Source: Pyrodictium abyssi (GTDB lineage Archaea > Thermoproteota > Thermoprotei_A > Sulfolobales > Pyrodictiaceae). From it: a stretch of 32,000 bases of DNA. Location: assembly GCF_036323395.1 (NCBI RefSeq), contig NZ_AP028907.1, forward strand, positions 660,001 through 692,000, in the 5' to 3' direction. Shown one piece after another: positions 27,331 through 32,000 of this stretch. Made by a program: the position numbers and the translations under genes. How positions within the stretch are numbered: position 1 is the stretch's first letter; each line of letters starts with the position of its first letter. The notes beneath the pieces are model-generated. The model saw only the letters and a list, made by a program, of their open reading frames with translations, was not told where the DNA came from and ran no database searches.

Positions 27331-27761
27331 TACTGGTTCTCCTCGATGCAGGCTTGGAGGGTGTAGAGGGGCCGGGCCTTGGTGCCAAGGTTTGCTATGA
27401 GGCCCTTCTCCTCTAGGAGGCGCAGCTTCTGCCGGACTGTCGTGCGGGAGGCGCTTCCCCTTAGGCGGCGGAGGCGCCTTGTGATCTCTGAGACTGTGAG
27501 GGGCTCGCAGCCCGAGAGTATCTCTAGGACGTCGCGGGCTATCGGGTCGTCTACGCCGCGGGCGAGGGCTACGACGCGCCTAGCGGCCTCAAGTGCCTCT
27601 ATGGCTGGCATGGCTAGGGCTATTGCTAGTCTGCTGGCGAGCATCACGGTGTCGGGGCTTGCCGCGGCTAGTGCTTCCTCTAGCCGTTCGAGCCGCTGGA
27701 GTGCCTCCCGTAGGAGCTTCTCGAGCCTCTCTAGCCGCTCCTCTAGCCTGTCTCCTTGCAA
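27330..27761 (-). CDS. Coiled-coil plus winged-HTH transcriptional regulator
   Basis: 143 aa; DRLEERLERLEKLLREALQRLERLEEAL coiled coil; VLEILSGCEPLTVSEITRRLRRLRGSASRTTVRQKLRLLEEKGLIANLG wHTH. Confidence 0.8.
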   Translation of the reverse strand: MQGDRLEERLERLEKLLREALQRLERLEEALAAASPDTVMLASRLAIALAMPAIEALEAARRVVALARGVDDPIARDVLEILSGCEPLTVSEITRRLRRLRGSASRTTVRQKLRLLEEKGLIANLGTKARPLYTLQACIEENQ

Positions 27762-27838
27762 CGCTGATTCTACCCACTGGGCTGCTGCGCTGGACCACCC
27801 CCGGCAGGGCTGGCGGCTGGTGGTGGCGCGTGCCGTGT

Positions 27839-28375
27839 CTACTGCTTCTCCTGCTCCTCTCGCTGTTTGCCGCTGATCCGGCCCCGTAGGCTCTCTAGCT
27901 GTTCTAGTAGCCGCTTCTTCTCCTCCTCGGAGACGGGTAGCTCCTGGAGCATCTCCCTTATCTCTTCTAGCTGCTCGGCGACGCCCTCTAGCCCGCTTCT
28001 GGCCGCCGCCACGCTGCCCCGCGGCGCGAGCGTGGAGACCACTACGCGGGGCTTGCGGGCTAGGCTGCTGAGCGCCTCTATCAGCTTGGAGGGGCTGGGC
28101 ACGGCTTCGAGCCTTCTGCGGAAGTACTCCTCTGTGAGCCTCATGGCCTCTTCTGGCGGGAGGCCGCTCTCCACTAGCCTCTTGTAGAAGCTGCCCACGT
28201 CCTCGCCAAGCTTAGCCCCGTCGACGCTGCTCAGCACCATCTCCATGAGCTCCTTCACGAAGCCCTTTATGCGGCCCATGAAGTCCGCTATCGCGTCGAA
28301 TACCTGGCGTAGCTCCTCTACGTCGCCGTCTGCCCGGAATCCTAGATGGGTGTGTTCCTCGGGCAATCCAGGCAC
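27839..28375 (-). CDS. Hypothetical helical protein
   Basis: 178 aa, C-terminal coiled coil LEEIREMLQELPVSEEEKKRLLEQLESLRGRI. Confidence 0.65.
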   Translation of the reverse strand: MPGLPEEHTHLGFRADGDVEELRQVFDAIADFMGRIKGFVKELMEMVLSSVDGAKLGEDVGSFYKRLVESGLPPEEAMRLTEEYFRRRLEAVPSPSKLIEALSSLARKPRVVVSTLAPRGSVAAARSGLEGVAEQLEEIREMLQELPVSEEEKKRLLEQLESLRGRISGKQREEQEKQ

Positions 28376-28414
28376 CCAGTCTGTATACCTGGGGCTGGAC
28401 AGGCTATTGTCTGT

Positions 28415-29314
28415 TCAGGATGGGCTCTGGCCAGTCTCCCGGCCAGATACTAGCTCCTGGTAGATGCGGCGCACTATCGCTGCGTGGTTCTCCTCGTCGC
28501 GGGCTATCGACTCGAGGACCAGCTCGTAGACCTCGAACTTCTCGCCCATGATGCTCCTAAGCGCGGGTATGAGCATCCTCGTGTACTCTTCCTCGCCCAC
28601 GTGGTCCTCCAGGGAGGCGAGGAAGCCGAGAACCCGGAGGAGCTCCCTCTCGTCTGGGCAGCCCTTGGCCAGCTTCTTCTCGAGCACACGGAGCTGCTCT
28701 ACGAGGCCGCCGGGCTCGGCGGGGCACGCCTCCTCGTCCACGCCTACGCCTAGCTCGCTGGCTATGTGTGCGAAGACGTCTGCGTGTATGTAGCTCTCTC
28801 CGGCTATGTACGAGAAGGCTACGCCATATGCGTCTCTACGGCACCTTGACAGGTCCTCGTATACCCGTGCTACAAGCCTCTCTACAAGCACTGCGCAGGA
28901 GAGCGCCTCTGCCAGCACCTTCCCGTCGCTAGGCGGCTGCTGGGCTTCAGGCCCTGGCCTCTGCAGCAGACTGGGCAGGCCGAGGAGCCGGGCTATGTCA
29001 GTGTCCCTGCCCTGCTCTAGCATCTCTATAACCGCGTTTATGCCGGGGTTGCGTCTAGCCAGGAAGGCGAGGGGCCTAGCTATGACGCGTTCTGCTACCC
29101 AGCGGCCGCGTTTACCGCCGTAGAGCTCGAGCACCAGCTGGTATGCCTTGGAGGGGGAGGAGAGGAGAAGCGTGGCGAAGTCTACCCCGTAGTGCTTCCT
29201 CGCCTTTAAGTTGAGTATCGTGGAGATGCCTGGTGCCTGGCGGCGTATCTCGCGCCGTAGCCGCTCTATGAGGTCGTAGACGCTCGGCCCGCTGTCGGCC
29301 CTCTCGTAGCCCAT
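28415..29314 (-). CDS. Protein with C-terminal ferritin-like (diiron-type) domain
   Basis: 299 aa; C-terminal helical bundle with EALSCAVLVERLVARVYEDL, YIAGESYIHADVFAHI, FLASLEDHVGEEEY, SIARDEENHAAIVRRI. Confidence 0.65.
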   Translation of the reverse strand: MGYERADSGPSVYDLIERLRREIRRQAPGISTILNLKARKHYGVDFATLLLSSPSKAYQLVLELYGGKRGRWVAERVIARPLAFLARRNPGINAVIEMLEQGRDTDIARLLGLPSLLQRPGPEAQQPPSDGKVLAEALSCAVLVERLVARVYEDLSRCRRDAYGVAFSYIAGESYIHADVFAHIASELGVGVDEEACPAEPGGLVEQLRVLEKKLAKGCPDERELLRVLGFLASLEDHVGEEEYTRMLIPALRSIMGEKFEVYELVLESIARDEENHAAIVRRIYQELVSGRETGQSPS

Positions 29315-29423
29315 CTCTGGTCTCCACGCTGCAGTGCCCTACTCTGCCCGGAAGAAGCCTGGTAGTTGTACCGCAGCAGAGTAGCTGCTAATACCCTTAC
29401 GGCCGCCACGCCGGGGTATAAGG

Positions 29424-30293
29424 GTGGGCTTGAGCGTGTCCATGCATGGCTGTAGCCCGGCGACGAGGCTCTACGGGCTCATAGGGAGCCCGGTCTCCCA
29501 CAGCCTGAGCCCCGCGATACACTGCACGGTGTTCCGTCAGGCCGGGGTGGATGCCGTCTACCTGGCCTGGGACACGCCGCCTGAGAGGCTACGGGAGCGC
29601 GTAGAGGCTCTACGCAGCCTCTCGGGCGGCTTCAACGTTACAATACCCCTCAAGGAGGCTATACTCGGGCTCCTCGACGGCCTAGGCGAGGCCGCCAGGG
29701 AGATAGGCGCCGTAAACACCGTCATGGTCGAGGACGGGAGCCTCACGGGCTACAACACCGACTACCTCGGCGTGGCCGAGTGCCTACGCGGCCACAGGCC
29801 CCGGGTAGCACTAGTCGTGGGCGCGGGTGGCGCAGCACGCGCCGCCATCTACGCGCTACGGGAGCTCGGCGCCGTGGAAGTGTACATCGCCAACCGTAGC
29901 CCCGGCCGCGCCCAGAGGCTGGCAGAGTGGGCCCGGGGCATCGGCCTCGACGCCCACCCAGCCCCCCTGGGCGACGCGGAAGAGCTGGCGTCGAGAGCCG
30001 ACACGGTTGTCAACGCGACGCCGCTGGGCAGCAAAGCCTGCTGCCCAGACGAGGCCCCTCCGGTGCTAGGAGGGCTGCACGAGGGCCAGGTCGTCTTCGA
30101 CATGGTGTACAAGCCTCTAGAGACGCTGCTCCTCCGGAGAGCCCGCGAGGCAGGAGCCAGGACCGTGGATGGGCTGTGTATGCTCGTGTGGCAGGCCCTA
30201 TACACGGACGAGATATGGCTCGGGATAGAGCCGACCCCGGAGCTCTACAACGCCGCCCGCGAGGCCGCCCTCCAGGCCATGAGGGAGGCCTAG
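29424..30293 (+). CDS. aroE: Shikimate dehydrogenase
   Basis: 289 aa; YGLIGSPVSHSLSPAIH, GFNVTIPLKEAI, GAVNTV, GYNTDYLGV, LVVGAGGAARAA, NATPLG, VFDMVY. Confidence 0.96.
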   Translation: MGLSVSMHGCSPATRLYGLIGSPVSHSLSPAIHCTVFRQAGVDAVYLAWDTPPERLRERVEALRSLSGGFNVTIPLKEAILGLLDGLGEAAREIGAVNTVMVEDGSLTGYNTDYLGVAECLRGHRPRVALVVGAGGAARAAIYALRELGAVEVYIANRSPGRAQRLAEWARGIGLDAHPAPLGDAEELASRADTVVNATPLGSKACCPDEAPPVLGGLHEGQVVFDMVYKPLETLLLRRAREAGARTVDGLCMLVWQALYTDEIWLGIEPTPELYNAAREAALQAMREA

Positions 30294-30685
30294 ACGGGCA
30301 TGAACCACACCCTCTCCACGCCCCGTATCCGCCTCACCGTGGACATCAGGGGCTTCAGCTCGAGGGCGGAGGCCTCCACGACTGCTATGTTTATGCAACG
30401 TTTGTCGTCGAGCAGCTGGTGGTAGAGCGCTCTCACCAGCGGCTGGTGGCTATGGAAGGCCTCTATGACTTTGCGGTCCGCTGTCGAGCCCTCGTCGTGG
30501 CGCGTGACCGTCACTATTATCCAGGTTCTCCTCTCCCGGCCCTCTCCGGCCGCCTCTAGCTGCTCTATCATCCTCCTCAGCGCCTCCCGCACGAACTCCG
30601 AGCGCCCCACGAAGCCCAGCTTCTCCATGTAGACGTCTATCTTCTCGAGTAGGCTCTCAGGTATAGAGACGCTGACTATCGGCAT
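30290..30685 (-). CDS. NikR-like ribbon-helix-helix metalloregulator
   Basis: 131 aa; VSVSIPESLLEKIDVYMEKLGFVGRSEFVREALRRMI (RHH) plus ACT-like domain FHSHQPLVRALYHQLLDDKRCINIAVVEA. Confidence 0.85.
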   Translation of the reverse strand: MPIVSVSIPESLLEKIDVYMEKLGFVGRSEFVREALRRMIEQLEAAGEGRERRTWIIVTVTRHDEGSTADRKVIEAFHSHQPLVRALYHQLLDDKRCINIAVVEASALELKPLMSTVRRIRGVERVWFMPV

Positions 30686-30775
30686 CTCTTGGCCCCCGGG
30701 CCTCCTGGCCCATATAATAGGGGGCCACGTAGCTCCTTAATATCTCTGATATAGTTAGCATAGATGACTCTTAAC

Positions 30776-30788
30776 AATAACCGTTATT
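30776..30788. promoter_or_regulatory. Palindrome AATAAC-C-GTTATT between regulator and ATPase
   Basis: Perfect 6-bp arms in the divergent intergenic region, overlapping a TATA-like ttattatat. Confidence 0.45.
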
Positions 30789-30807
30789 ATATCAGCGCTG
30801 GCTGTAC

Positions 30808-32000
30808 GTGGCGAATGGTGCCGCGTGGTGGCCGATACACACCGCGAGGCCGTGGCTAGCACTGCTCGCCGCTAGCGCCGTGGCCCTGGCCCTAGAGCTT
30901 CTGGGCCGGAGCGCTGCCCGCTCGTAGCGCTACTGGCTGCTGCGCTGCTGGCGAGGTTTGCTGCAAAGCTCCGGGAGGGGAGGATAACTGTCGACCTCCT
31001 CATGGGGTTCTCGCTGCTAGTACTCTACATGGAGGGCTTGCTCCTCGAGGCTGCGCTCGTGGCTGGGCTCAACGCTGTAGCCGAGATAGCCGAGGGCCTG
31101 GTAGAGGGGTCCGCGAGGCGCCGGCTAGCAGGGCTAAGGGAGCTGCTCCCGCGTAGCACGCTTGTCCGCCGCGGCGACGCTGTGGTAGAGGTGCCCGTAG
31201 ACGATGTGGGGCCTGGCGACATAGTGGTGGTGCCTCATGGCGGCACTGTGCCCGTCGACTCTACGCTTATGAGCAGATACGCTGTGTTCGACACCTCCAT
31301 GGTGACGGGCGAGCACACTCCGAGGCGGCTCGAGCAGGGATCGCTTGTCGAGAGCGGCTACGTGAACATCACCGGCGCCGCCATAGAGCTTCGGGCTGCT
31401 AGGCCGGCGGGGGGAGAGCCTGCTACAGCTGCTAGTACGCGAGGCCGAGGAGGCACTTGCCCGGAAGACCAGCGCGGAGAGGCTCATAGAGCGCATAACC
31501 CCCGCCTACATGGTGCTGCTCTTCGCCGTCTACGCCGCAGTCTCGCTAGCCCTCGGGCCCAGCCGGGGCCTCGTAGCAATACTAGCTGGGTGCCCGAGCA
31601 CCTACATAATAGCGTCTAGCTACACCTACATGTTGTCGCTGAGCCTGCTGGCCCGGCGCGGCGTAGTGGCCCGGGGCGCCTTCTCGAGGACATGAGCGCC
31701 CCGGGTATGGGCTGTGGTGCTGGACAAGACGGGTACGCTCACACCAGGCTTGCTCAGGGTAGCCAAGGTGGTTCCGGGGAGGCGGTTCAGCAGAGAGCTG
31801 GTGGACCTGGTAGCCGCTGCTGCCCGTATGAGCCTGCACCCCGCGTCGCGGGCTCTCGCAGAGCTGTCCCGGAGCCCGCTACCCGTCGACTATGCCCGCG
31901 AGGAGCCGGGAAGGGGCATCGTTGTCAGGGTTGCGGGCCGCTACGTGGTACTGGGCTCCTGTGGCTTCGTGGAGGAGTATACGGGCGAGAAGCTGCCGCC
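30808..32000 (+). pseudogene. P1B-type metal-transporting ATPase, reading frame broken several times, continues off the window
   Basis: Segments in different frames: WLALLAASAVALALELLG; VALLAAALLARFAAKLREGRITVDLLMGF...DTSMVTGEHTPRRLEQG; ESLLQLLVREAEEALARKTSAERL...AGCPST; VVLDKTGTLTPGLL. Confidence 0.8.

Overview
This is a GC-rich window from a hyperthermophilic crenarchaeon, most likely Pyrodictiaceae. That placement rests on a CanA-like cannula protein and general gene content, not on rRNA. Functions below come from motif reading and remembered family sequences; no database was searched.

Main content, left to right:
(1) 1-7.5 kb, mostly minus strand, an envelope locus: a VWA-domain protein (partial), an SRPBCC-like protein, a secreted beta-propeller with a Thr/Val stalk and C-terminal TM anchor, a CanA-like cannula subunit, a hypothetical protein, a fusion protein whose C-terminal metallo-beta-lactamase domain has lost its metal ligands, and a second, divergent secreted protein resembling CanA in strand pattern.
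(2) 7.6-10.8 kb: a zinc-ribbon membrane protein, a small helical ORF, a PIN protein and two hypotheticals.
(3) 10.9-19.6 kb: a HicB-like ORF, a COG3044 ABC-class ATPase, an MBL hydrolase, a structured intergenic region, QueC, a Thg1-like protein and an aminotransferase.
(4) 19.9-24.5 kb: a three-subunit molybdopterin oxidoreductase operon with operator-like palindromes at its promoter.
(5) 25.2-27 kb: tRNA-Ala(UGC) whose 3' half is overlapped by an SSV-type integrase int(N)-like fragment, next to an AT-rich island carrying a degenerate PRTase/HTH protein. This is the signature of an integrated or decayed element.
(6) 27-32 kb: a coupled wHTH/membrane pair, a ferritin-like protein, AroE, and a NikR-like regulator divergent from a frame-disrupted P1B-type metal ATPase.

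The strongest candidates for new biology are the cannula-associated locus and the tRNA-Ala island.
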